Source of the DNA: Hymenobacter sp.
Lineage (GTDB): Bacteria > Bacteroidota > Bacteroidia > Cytophagales > Hymenobacteraceae
DNA length: 64,000 bases
Assembly: GCF_036388155.1 (NCBI RefSeq)
Contig: NZ_DASVSI010000145.1
Coordinates: forward strand, 13,047-77,046
Direction: 5' to 3'
Within the stretch, counting starts at the first letter, position 1; the number at the start of each line of letters is the position of its first letter. The notes below the pieces were generated by a model. That model saw only the letters and a program-made list of their open reading frames with translations. It did not search any database and was not told where the DNA came from. The position numbers and the translations under genes were made by a program. Of the stretch, positions 36,300 through 44,157 are shown piece by piece.

Positions 36300-38708
36300 A
36301 TGAATAGAACCATCAAGAAAGTTGCCGTGCTCGGTTCCGGCGTCATGGGCTCGCGCATTGCCTGCCACTTCGCCAACATTGGCGTGCAGGTGCTCTTGCT
36401 CGACATCGCGCCGAAAGAATTGCTGCCCGACGAAGAGAAAAAAGGCTTGAAGCTAGACGCGCCAGCGGTGAAAAACCGCTTGGTGAACGCCGCGCTGCAA
36501 GCCGCCATCACTTCCAACCCGTCGCCGCTCTACCGCAAGGCCGACGCCAGCCGCATCAAGACCGGCAACTTCGACGACAACCTGAAGGAAATTGCGGGCT
36601 GCGACTGGACCATTGAAGTGGTTGTGGAGCGCCTCGACATCAAAAAGAGCCTGTTTGAGCGCGTGGAGCAATTCCGCAAGCCCGGCACGCTCATCACCAG
36701 CAACACGAGCGGCATCCCAATTCACTTGATGACGGAAGGTCGCTCCGACGATTTCAAGAAGCATTTCTGCGGCACGCACTTCTTCAACCCGCCGCGCTAC
36801 CTGAAGCTGCTCGAAATCATCCCGACGCCGGACACCGACCCGGCCATCGTGGATTTCCTGCTGCATTACGGCGACCTGTACCTGGGCAAAACCACGGTAC
36901 TGGCCAAGGACACCCCGGCGTTCATCGCCAACCGGGTGGGCGTGTTCGCCATCATGGACGTGCTGCGCATCATGCAGGAGCTGGGCCTGACGGTGGAGGA
37001 AGTGGACAAGCTCACCGGCCCGGTAATTGGCCACGCCAAGTCGGCCACCTTCCGCACTTCCGACGTGGTAGGCCTTGATACCTTGATGAACGTGGCCAAT
37101 GGCCTGGCCCAGGGCCTGCCAAACGACGAAGCCAAGGACGTATTCCAGCTGCCCGATTTCCTCAAGAAAATGGGCGAGAACAAGTGGCTGGGCGACAAAA
37201 CCGGCCAGGGATTCTACAAGAAAGTAAAAGGCGAAGGCGGCAAGTCGGAAATTCAGGCGCTGGACCTTGCTACGCTGGAATACAAGCCCAGCGCCAAGGT
37301 GAAGTTCACGACGTTGGAGCTAACGAAGAGCATGGATACCCTGGCGCCGCGCTTTGCGGTGCTGGTAACGGGTAAGGACAAAGCCGGCGAATTCTACCGC
37401 AAGAGCTTCGGCAGCCTGTTTGCCTACGTGACCAACCGCGTGCCCGAAATCACCGACGCGCTCTACAAGATTGACGACGCCCTCCGCGCCGGTTTCGGCT
37501 GGGAAATGGGGCCGTTTGAAACCTGGGACGCCATGGGTGTGCAAAAAGGCATCGAGCTGATGCAAGCCGAAGGCAAGCAGCCCGCTGCCTGGGTTACTGA
37601 AATGCTGGCCGCCGGCCACACCACGTTCTACAAAGTAAACGCGGCCGGCAGTAAGGAATACTACGACGCCGAGACCAAGAGCTACCAGCCCATCCGCGGC
37701 GTGGAGAATTTCATCATTCTTGACAACCTGCGGACCACCGGCAAGGTGCTGTGGAAAAACGCTGGCGCCTCAATCATCGACCTCGGCGATGGCATCCTGA
37801 ACGTGGAGTTCCATTCCAAGATGAACTCGCTGGGGCAGGACGTTATCGAAGGCGTGCTGCGCGGCGTTGACATGGCTGAAGCCGGCTACCGCGGCCTCGT
37901 GATTGGCAACGACGCGCCGAACTTCTCGGCCGGCGCTAACCTGGGCTTGGTGTACATGCAGGCGCTCGAGCAGGAGTTTGAGGAGCTGAACATGATGATT
38001 GCGCAGTTCCAGAACGCCATGATGCGCATGCGCTACAGCAGCATTCCGGTGGTGGGCGCCCCGCACGGCCTCGCGCTGGGCGGCGGTTGCGAAATCAACC
38101 TGCACTGCGACCGGGTGGTGGCCGCGGCCGAAACCTATATGGGCCTCGTTGAATTCGGCGTGGGCCTGATTCCGGCCGGCGGCGGTACCAAGGAAATGAC
38201 CTTGCGCACGGCGGCCAAGTACGAAGAAGGCGAGCCCGAGCTCAACCTGATTCGCAATACCTACATGACTATCAGCACGGCCAAAGTTTCGACGTCGGCC
38301 GCTGAGGCGTTCGACCTTGGCTTCATGCGCCGCGGCGACGAGATTGTGGTGAACAGCAACCGCGTGATTGCCGCCGCCAAAGCCGCCGCCCTCGACCTGG
38401 CCGATGCCGGCTACACCCAGCCGATGCCGAAAACCAACATCAAAGTGCACGGCAAGGGCGCGCTGGCCATGTTCAAAACCGGCGTGTACGCCATGCAGCA
38501 GGGCAACTACATCTCGACGCACGACCAGCTCATTGCCGACAAACTGGCTTACGTGATGTGCGGCGGCGACCTCTCGTCGCCCACGGAAGTGAGCGAGCAG
38601 TACCTGCTGGATTTGGAGCGCGAAGCCTTCCTCAGCCTCTGCGGCGAGCGCAAGACGCTGGAGCGCATCCAGAGCATCCTGACCACCGGCAAGCCGCTGC
38701 GCAACTAA
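36300..38708 (+). CDS. fadN: 3-hydroxyacyl-CoA dehydrogenase / enoyl-CoA hydratase (FadN-like)
   Basis: GSGVMG Rossmann motif, EVVVE, SNTSGIP, HFFNPPRY, C-terminal crotonase FSAGANL/LGGGCE. Confidence 0.9.
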   Translation: MNRTIKKVAVLGSGVMGSRIACHFANIGVQVLLLDIAPKELLPDEEKKGLKLDAPAVKNRLVNAALQAAITSNPSPLYRKADASRIKTGNFDDNLKEIAGCDWTIEVVVERLDIKKSLFERVEQFRKPGTLITSNTSGIPIHLMTEGRSDDFKKHFCGTHFFNPPRYLKLLEIIPTPDTDPAIVDFLLHYGDLYLGKTTVLAKDTPAFIANRVGVFAIMDVLRIMQELGLTVEEVDKLTGPVIGHAKSATFRTSDVVGLDTLMNVANGLAQGLPNDEAKDVFQLPDFLKKMGENKWLGDKTGQGFYKKVKGEGGKSEIQALDLATLEYKPSAKVKFTTLELTKSMDTLAPRFAVLVTGKDKAGEFYRKSFGSLFAYVTNRVPEITDALYKIDDALRAGFGWEMGPFETWDAMGVQKGIELMQAEGKQPAAWVTEMLAAGHTTFYKVNAAGSKEYYDAETKSYQPIRGVENFIILDNLRTTGKVLWKNAGASIIDLGDGILNVEFHSKMNSLGQDVIEGVLRGVDMAEAGYRGLVIGNDAPNFSAGANLGLVYMQALEQEFEELNMMIAQFQNAMMRMRYSSIPVVGAPHGLALGGGCEINLHCDRVVAAAETYMGLVEFGVGLIPAGGGTKEMTLRTAAKYEEGEPELNLIRNTYMTISTAKVSTSAAEAFDLGFMRRGDEIVVNSNRVIAAAKAAALDLADAGYTQPMPKTNIKVHGKGALAMFKTGVYAMQQGNYISTHDQLIADKLAYVMCGGDLSSPTEVSEQYLLDLEREAFLSLCGERKTLERIQSILTTGKPLRN

Positions 38709-38712
38709 TCAT

Positions 38713-38821
38713 TTGTCATGCTAACAAAGGCGGCATCTTATCACAGCCGCTTTTGTTAGCGTTTTAACAACCCCCAGCAGCGCCGGCGTGATAAGGGCCT
38801 TCGCTGCACTCAGGATGACAA
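38713..38821. repeat. TGTCAT...ATGACA-bounded palindromic repeat (CGTC/TGTC-type), left arm rearranged
   Basis: TTGTCAT/ATGACAA termini; CTTATCAC (38737-44) pairs with GTGATAAG (38788-95); internal 15-bp hairpin 38720-34/38746-60. Confidence 0.7.
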
Positions 38822-38831
38822 TCAACTTAAC

Positions 38832-40016
38832 ATGTCTAACACTGCATATATCGTAGCCGGTTACCGCACGGCCGTGGGCAAAGCCACCCGCGGCGGTTTC
38901 CGCTTCACTCGGCCCGACGACCTCGCAGCCACCGTTATCAAGCACCTCGTGGCCCAAGTGCCGGCGCTTGACCCCGCGCGCATCGACGACGTACTGGTGG
39001 GCAATGCCGTGCCCGAAGCCGAGCAAGGCCTGCAAATGGGCCGCCTCATTTCGCTGCTGGCGTTGCCCATCAACGTGCCCGGCCTCATCGTGAACCGCTA
39101 CTGCGGCTCCGGCGTGGAAACCATTGCCATGGCCGTGGGCAAAATCTCGGCCGGTATGGCCGACTGCATCATTGCCGGCGGCACCGAGAGCATGAGCATG
39201 GTGCCCACCGTGGGCTGGAAAACCGTGCCCAACTACAACTTGGCCACCAAGCACCCCGACTACTACATGGGTATGGGCCTCACGGCCGAAGCCGTGGCCA
39301 ACGACTACAAAATCAGCCGCCAGGACCAGGACGAATTCTCTTACAACTCGCACCAGAAGGCCATCAAGGCCATCGAAGGCGGCAAGTTTAAGAAGCAAAT
39401 TGTGCCCGTGACTGTGGACGAAACCTACGTGGACCAGGCCACCGGCAAGAAGAAAACCCGCTCGTTCGTGGTGGATACCGACGAAGGTCCGCGCGCCGAC
39501 ACCTCGGTGGAAGCCCTCGCCAAACTGCGCCCCGTGTTCGCCGCCAACGGCACCGTGACAGCCGGCAACTCTTCCCAAACTTCCGACGGTGCTGCCTTCG
39601 TGCTGGTAATGTCGGAGCGCATGGTGAAAGAATTGAACCTGGAGCCCATTGCCCGCATGGTCAATTACGCTTCCGAAGGCGTTGACCCGCGCATCATGGG
39701 CATGGGCCCGATGGTGGCTGTGCCCAAAGTGCTGAAACAAGCCGGCATGAAGCTCGAGGACATCGATTTGATTGAAATGAACGAGGCGTTTGCCTCACAG
39801 TCCATCGCCGTGATGCGCGAACTGGACATGAACCCCGAAAAGCTGAACGTGAACGGCGGCGCCATTGCCTTGGGCCACCCCCTGGGCTGCTCCGGTGCCA
39901 AGCTCTCCATCCAGCTATTCGACGAGCTGCGCGAGCGCGGCCAGAAGTACGGCATGGTCACTGCCTGCGTGGGCGGCGGCCAAGGCGTGGCCGGTATTTA
40001 CGAGTTGCTAAAGTAG
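38832..40016 (+). CDS. fadA: Acetyl-CoA C-acyltransferase (thiolase)
   Basis: NRYCGSG catalytic Cys, [24 protein letters not shown]. Confidence 0.93.
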   Translation: MSNTAYIVAGYRTAVGKATRGGFRFTRPDDLAATVIKHLVAQVPALDPARIDDVLVGNAVPEAEQGLQMGRLISLLALPINVPGLIVNRYCGSGVETIAMAVGKISAGMADCIIAGGTESMSMVPTVGWKTVPNYNLATKHPDYYMGMGLTAEAVANDYKISRQDQDEFSYNSHQKAIKAIEGGKFKKQIVPVTVDETYVDQATGKKKTRSFVVDTDEGPRADTSVEALAKLRPVFAANGTVTAGNSSQTSDGAAFVLVMSERMVKELNLEPIARMVNYASEGVDPRIMGMGPMVAVPKVLKQAGMKLEDIDLIEMNEAFASQSIAVMRELDMNPEKLNVNGGAIALGHPLGCSGAKLSIQLFDELRERGQKYGMVTACVGGGQGVAGIYELLK

Positions 40017-40026
40017 CCAAGGCAGT

Positions 40027-40074
40027 TATCGGCGAAAGAAAGCCCCGCTCACCCGGGGTTTTCTTTCGCCGATA
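40027..40074. terminator. Long hairpin / terminator after the thiolase gene
   Basis: TATCGGCGAAAGAAAGCCCCG paired with CGGGGTTTTCTTTCGCCGATA. Confidence 0.65.
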
Positions 40075-40092
40075 TAGTAGGCGTGCCTAACA
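40075..40092. promoter_or_regulatory. Putative MarR operator 2 (TAGTAGGC-GT-GCCTAACA)
   Basis: 8 nt upstream of the -7-like TATATTGC (40101). Confidence 0.7.
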
Positions 40093-40142
40093 TTTTTTCT
40101 TATATTGCAACACTAAAACCGCTGGCTCATTGTTTGTCTAAA

Positions 40143-40160
40143 TAGTAGGCTAGCCTAACA
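40143..40160. promoter_or_regulatory. Putative MarR operator 3 (TAGTAGGC-TA-GCCTAACA)
   Basis: 16/16 half-site identity to operator 2; 31 nt before the acyl-CoA dehydrogenase ATG. Confidence 0.7.
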
Positions 40161-40191
40161 ATTTTTAATCTTAATCCCCACCTTAACCGTC

Positions 40192-41982
40192 ATGGAAGTA
40201 ACGCAGCAAGCCAGCCTGAAGGGCGGCGAATTCATCATTAAACCGACGGATGCGCAGAGCGTCTTCACGCCGGCTGATTTCACCGAGGAGCAGAATTACA
40301 TGCACCAAACCTGCCTGGATTTCGTGCAGGCTGAAGTGCACCCGCTGCTCGAGCGCCTCGACAACCACGAGGAGGGCCTGATGCGCGGCCTGATGGAAAA
40401 GGCTGGTCAACTCGGCCTGTTTGGGGTGAGCGTGCCCGAGCAATTCGGCGGCCTCGACATGGATTTCCCCACGGCCCTGCGCGTGACCGAAGGCGTGGGC
40501 GGCGGCCACTCGTTCCCCGTAGCGTTTGCGGCCCACACGGGCATTGCCCTGCTGCCTATTCTGTATTTCGGCAACGACGAGCAGAAGGCCAAGTACCTGC
40601 CCGGCCTCACCAGTGGCGAGCTGATGGGTGCTTACTGCCTCACCGAGCCCGGCTCCGGTTCCGACGCCCTGGGCGCCAAAACCAAAGCTGTGCTCAACGC
40701 CGAAGGCACGCACTACGTGCTGAATGGCCAGAAAATGTGGATTACGAACGCCGGTTTTGCCGACGTATTCATCGTGTTTGCCCAGATTGACGGCGACAAG
40801 TTCACCGGTTTCATCGTGGAGAAAAACACGCCCGGCCTGAGCCTTGGCAACGAGGAGCACAAGATGGGCATCAAGGGCAGCAGCACGCGTCAGGTGTTCC
40901 TGGCTGATGCCTTGGTGCCGAAAGAGAACGTGCTGGGCGAGATTGGCAAAGGCCACCTCATCGCCTTCAACGTGCTGAACATCGGTCGCATCAAGCTGGC
41001 CGCTGCCTGCTTGGGCGCAGCTAAAATGGCGGCTACGTTGAGCGTGAAGTATGCCAACGAGCGGGTGCAGTTCAAACTGCCCATCTCCAAGTTTGGCGCC
41101 ATTCGGCACAAGCTGGCGCAGCAGGCCGTGCGTCTCTACGCTGTCGAGTCGGCTATTTACCGCGCGGGCTCCGACATCTACCGCATGGAGCAGCAACTCA
41201 TGGCGGAGGGCAAAGGCTCGAACGAGGCCTTGCTAGGCGCTGCCCGCGAGTTTGCCGTGGAGTGCGCCATTCTGAAAGTGGAAGGCTCGGAAGTGCTTGA
41301 TTATGTAGTGGACGAAGGCGTGCAGGTGTACGGTGGCTACGGCTTCTCGGCCGACTACCCCATGGACCGTGCCTACCGCGACTCACGCATCAACCGCATT
41401 TTCGAAGGCACCAACGAAATCAACCGCCTCCTGGCCGTTGACATGATTTTGAAGAAAGGCCTGAAAGGTGAAATCGACCTGATGGGCCCGGCCCAGGCGG
41501 TGCAGCAAGAGCTGCTGAGCATCCCCAGCCTGAGCCAGGACGAGGCCACCGGCCTGTTCAGCAAGGAGTACAAGACCATTGCCAACCTGAAGAAGGCGGT
41601 GCTCATGGTTGCTGGTTCGGCTGTGCAGAAGTTTACTGCCACCCTCGCCAAGGAGCAGGAGTTGTTGATGAACATCGCCGACATGGCCATCAAGGTGTAC
41701 ATCGCCGAGAGCACCCTGTTGCGCGTGGAGAAGGAAGCCGCGGCCAAGGGCGAAGAAGTCCTGGCTGCCGAGATTGACATTGCCCGCGTGTACCTAGCCG
41801 ATGCCGTGGACATTGTGGAGAAGGCCGGCAAAGACGCCGTTGGCAGCATGGCCGAGGGCGACGAGCAGCGCCTGTTGCTCATGGGCCTGAAGCGCTTCAC
41901 CAAGACCGAGCTGTTGAACGTGAAGGAATCGCGCCGCCGCATCGCCGCCAAGCTGATTGAAGCCAACGAGTACAGCTTCTAA
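40192..41982 (+). CDS. Acyl-CoA dehydrogenase (FadE/AcdA-like with C-terminal extension)
   Basis: YCLTEPGSGSDA, NGQKMWITN, KMGIKGSST, GGYGF, IFEGTNEI. Confidence 0.93.
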   Translation: MEVTQQASLKGGEFIIKPTDAQSVFTPADFTEEQNYMHQTCLDFVQAEVHPLLERLDNHEEGLMRGLMEKAGQLGLFGVSVPEQFGGLDMDFPTALRVTEGVGGGHSFPVAFAAHTGIALLPILYFGNDEQKAKYLPGLTSGELMGAYCLTEPGSGSDALGAKTKAVLNAEGTHYVLNGQKMWITNAGFADVFIVFAQIDGDKFTGFIVEKNTPGLSLGNEEHKMGIKGSSTRQVFLADALVPKENVLGEIGKGHLIAFNVLNIGRIKLAAACLGAAKMAATLSVKYANERVQFKLPISKFGAIRHKLAQQAVRLYAVESAIYRAGSDIYRMEQQLMAEGKGSNEALLGAAREFAVECAILKVEGSEVLDYVVDEGVQVYGGYGFSADYPMDRAYRDSRINRIFEGTNEINRLLAVDMILKKGLKGEIDLMGPAQAVQQELLSIPSLSQDEATGLFSKEYKTIANLKKAVLMVAGSAVQKFTATLAKEQELLMNIADMAIKVYIAESTLLRVEKEAAAKGEEVLAAEIDIARVYLADAVDIVEKAGKDAVGSMAEGDEQRLLLMGLKRFTKTELLNVKESRRRIAAKLIEANEYSF

Positions 41983-42000
41983 TCCACCTTTTGGTCTAGT

Positions 42001-42043
42001 AAACAAGAAAGCCGCTCCCGACTGGGAGCGGCTTTCTTGTTTT
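42001..42043. terminator. Bidirectional terminator
   Basis: AAACAAGAAAGCCGCTCCC-GACT-GGGAGCGGCTTTCTTGTTT. Confidence 0.85.
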
Positions 42044-42059
42044 TAGGACAGTCCAGAGG

Positions 42060-43514
42060 CTACTTCACTACCACCTTTTCCAGCTGCAACGCGGCCGATT
42101 TTTTGCTCGGTCGGCTCACGGCGATGATGGTTTTCTCGTTGAGCCAGCCCGTAAAGTCTTTCACGTAAGCCAATTGCTGGTCGGCCGCCACGTTTAGCTT
42201 GAGGCGTTCGGGAGCGCCTACCACGCCGGTTTGCGCATTGATGCGGCGCAGGTAGAGGTCCGATTTTTTGTCAATGCTTTCGAGGGTAACCAGCTGGATG
42301 GTGTTGCCGAACACCGCCGCCCGGAAACCAATGCCGGTGAAACTGTCCACGGCCGGCGCAACTTGGTTTTTGGCCACAATGCTGTGCCAGGTGGGCTGGC
42401 CGTATTCGTTGTAGCCGAACACGTGCAGCTCACGGGCGTGTACGGGCGATTCGCTGCCGCCTTCCTCAAAATGCCGCTCGGCAATCACCACCAGTTGCTT
42501 CTCGGGCGTGAGCAGCAACTCGCCCAGATATACATCCTGCAGCTGTTTCACGTCCACGCCACTGGCTTTGCTTACTTCGGCCAGGTAGGCAGGCGTGAAG
42601 CGAAACTCCGGCGAGAACTTCATGTCGCCGGCGCCGCTAAAGTCGTATTTCACCACCTTCAGGCTGTAGTATTCTCCGCTCACGTAGTCGGCGCACAGCG
42701 CGGCGGCGTACAGGCTGCCATCGTTGAGCACGGTGAAGCGGGCATCGCGGATGGTGACGGCCTTGCCGCCAAAAGTGCCGCCCACGGGCACTCCCAGGAC
42801 TTTAATTTCGGGAGAATTGTCGGCGGTGTAGCGGCGCACGGTCAGCTTCTTCATGCCGTCGCTAACCATTGTCACGTACTGCGTGCCGTCGTTGGCCACG
42901 TGCACGGTCGGGGAGAAGAAGTCGCCCTGGTCGCGGAAATTGTAGGCCTTCTGTTGCAGCTGATTCAAGTTCTGGTCGAACAGCGTGGACGCAATGCTTA
43001 CCACCTGCTGCCCGCGGGTGAGGTAGCGAAACGCCAGCAGCCGCGACCCATCGGGCGAGATGGAAACGCTGGGACGCCGGTCGCGGGGTGCCACCGCCAT
43101 CACCATTTTAGCCGGGCTGCGCTGGCCGTTTTGCATGTTCACGGCCACCACGCTAAGGTTTTGGCCGCCATCGTCTTTGTGATGCAGCACCACCAAGGCT
43201 TGCTGCGGGCCCCGCCCGAAGGCTTCCAACGTTTCGCCTGGGTTGATGGGAATGGTGGTGCTCCATTGCTTTTTCAACTCGACGTCGTAGCGCTCCACGG
43301 AGTAGCCGCCTGCGCTTTGGTGCGCCAGAATCACAAACCCCGAACCATCGGCCAGGGGCAGCGTCTTGCGCGGCACGCGCATGTCGTACCGGTCGGGCCC
43401 TTGCTCCGGCAGGTAGCTAAAAGGGGCGGACTTTACTTTTTGAGCCATCACCGGGGCTGCGCTGCCCGTCAGCATCCATCCCGTCAATCCAATCAGCAAT
43501 GCTCTATGCAACAT
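42060..43514 (-). CDS. Secreted hypothetical protein, beta-propeller-like
   Basis: Signal peptide ending MAQ; repeated short beta-strands (SISPDGSRLL, HVANDGT, LLTPEKQL). Confidence 0.7.
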   Translation of the reverse strand: MLHRALLIGLTGWMLTGSAAPVMAQKVKSAPFSYLPEQGPDRYDMRVPRKTLPLADGSGFVILAHQSAGGYSVERYDVELKKQWSTTIPINPGETLEAFGRGPQQALVVLHHKDDGGQNLSVVAVNMQNGQRSPAKMVMAVAPRDRRPSVSISPDGSRLLAFRYLTRGQQVVSIASTLFDQNLNQLQQKAYNFRDQGDFFSPTVHVANDGTQYVTMVSDGMKKLTVRRYTADNSPEIKVLGVPVGGTFGGKAVTIRDARFTVLNDGSLYAAALCADYVSGEYYSLKVVKYDFSGAGDMKFSPEFRFTPAYLAEVSKASGVDVKQLQDVYLGELLLTPEKQLVVIAERHFEEGGSESPVHARELHVFGYNEYGQPTWHSIVAKNQVAPAVDSFTGIGFRAAVFGNTIQLVTLESIDKKSDLYLRRINAQTGVVGAPERLKLNVAADQQLAYVKDFTGWLNEKTIIAVSRPSKKSAALQLEKVVVK

Positions 43515-43837
43515 ATAAGGTGGCTAAGGTTGAAAATAAACACAGGTTTCGGCCCAATGGCCTGGCCAAAAGTACCGCCCGCAGGCTGCATTGGCCCACT
43601 TTGGCCAGCTTGTAGCTCAGCCAACAGGTGGAGCTAACAAAAAAATGTTCTAAGCATAACACTAATAGGGTCACTTCCGTACAGGGACACCGTTTACTTC
43701 GTGTCGGCTCCCGGAAGCCCCAAATCAGCAACCTGGATTAGACAGAAATAGGGACAATTCAACGTGCGTCAGCGGCCTTTAAACGTCTGGTTTCACGATT
43801 TCAACCAACACCTACCCACTTAGCCTGCATATAGGCT

Positions 43838-43845
43838 TACCTTTG
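43838..43845 (+). promoter_or_regulatory. -7 box (TACCTTTG) for the small gene at 43869
   Basis: Exact consensus, immediately preceded by the AGCCT-N6-AGGCT palindrome (43822-43837). Confidence 0.6.
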
Positions 43846-43868
43846 CACCCGCATTACGTTATACTAGC

Positions 43869-44096
43869 ATGAAATCATTACTCAAGTTTAGTCTCTTGTC
43901 TGCCCTGATTATCAGCGGCAAACTCACCAAACAGGCCGCTCCGGTGGCCGTGGCCCAGACCGTAGAGACTACTACCATCCCCGATACTTCGGTTGTATTT
44001 GTTCATCACATGCTGCCCAACGAAACGGTAAAGCCTGTTCGACAGCAAAGCCAGACTCGGCAGAGCAATCCATCGTTTGTCTCCCAAATGTTTTAG
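43869..44096 (+). CDS. Small hypothetical secreted protein (75 aa)
   Basis: Signal-like N-terminus MKSLLKFSLLSALIISG; flanked by its own promoter box and terminator. Confidence 0.6.
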   Translation: MKSLLKFSLLSALIISGKLTKQAAPVAVAQTVETTTIPDTSVVFVHHMLPNETVKPVRQQSQTRQSNPSFVSQMF

Positions 44097-44104
44097 GTTA
44101 AAGC

Positions 44105-44133
44105 AACGACTTGCAAGTAAGTCGTTTTTTTTT
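44105..44133 (+). terminator. Intrinsic terminator
   Basis: AACGACTT-GCAAGT-AAGTCGTT followed by a T-run. Confidence 0.75.
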
Positions 44134-44157
44134 GCCCTAGAAAAACCAGGACCATCC

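Noticed and set aside
43610-43660. tRNA-like D-arm string GTAGCTCAG...GGAGC
   Set aside because: No anticodon stem, TPsiC (GTTCG) arm or acceptor-stem closure.
43504-43731. 75-aa minus-strand ORF in the divergent promoter region
   Set aside because: Overlaps the start of the real gene, has atypical composition and has no plausible start context.
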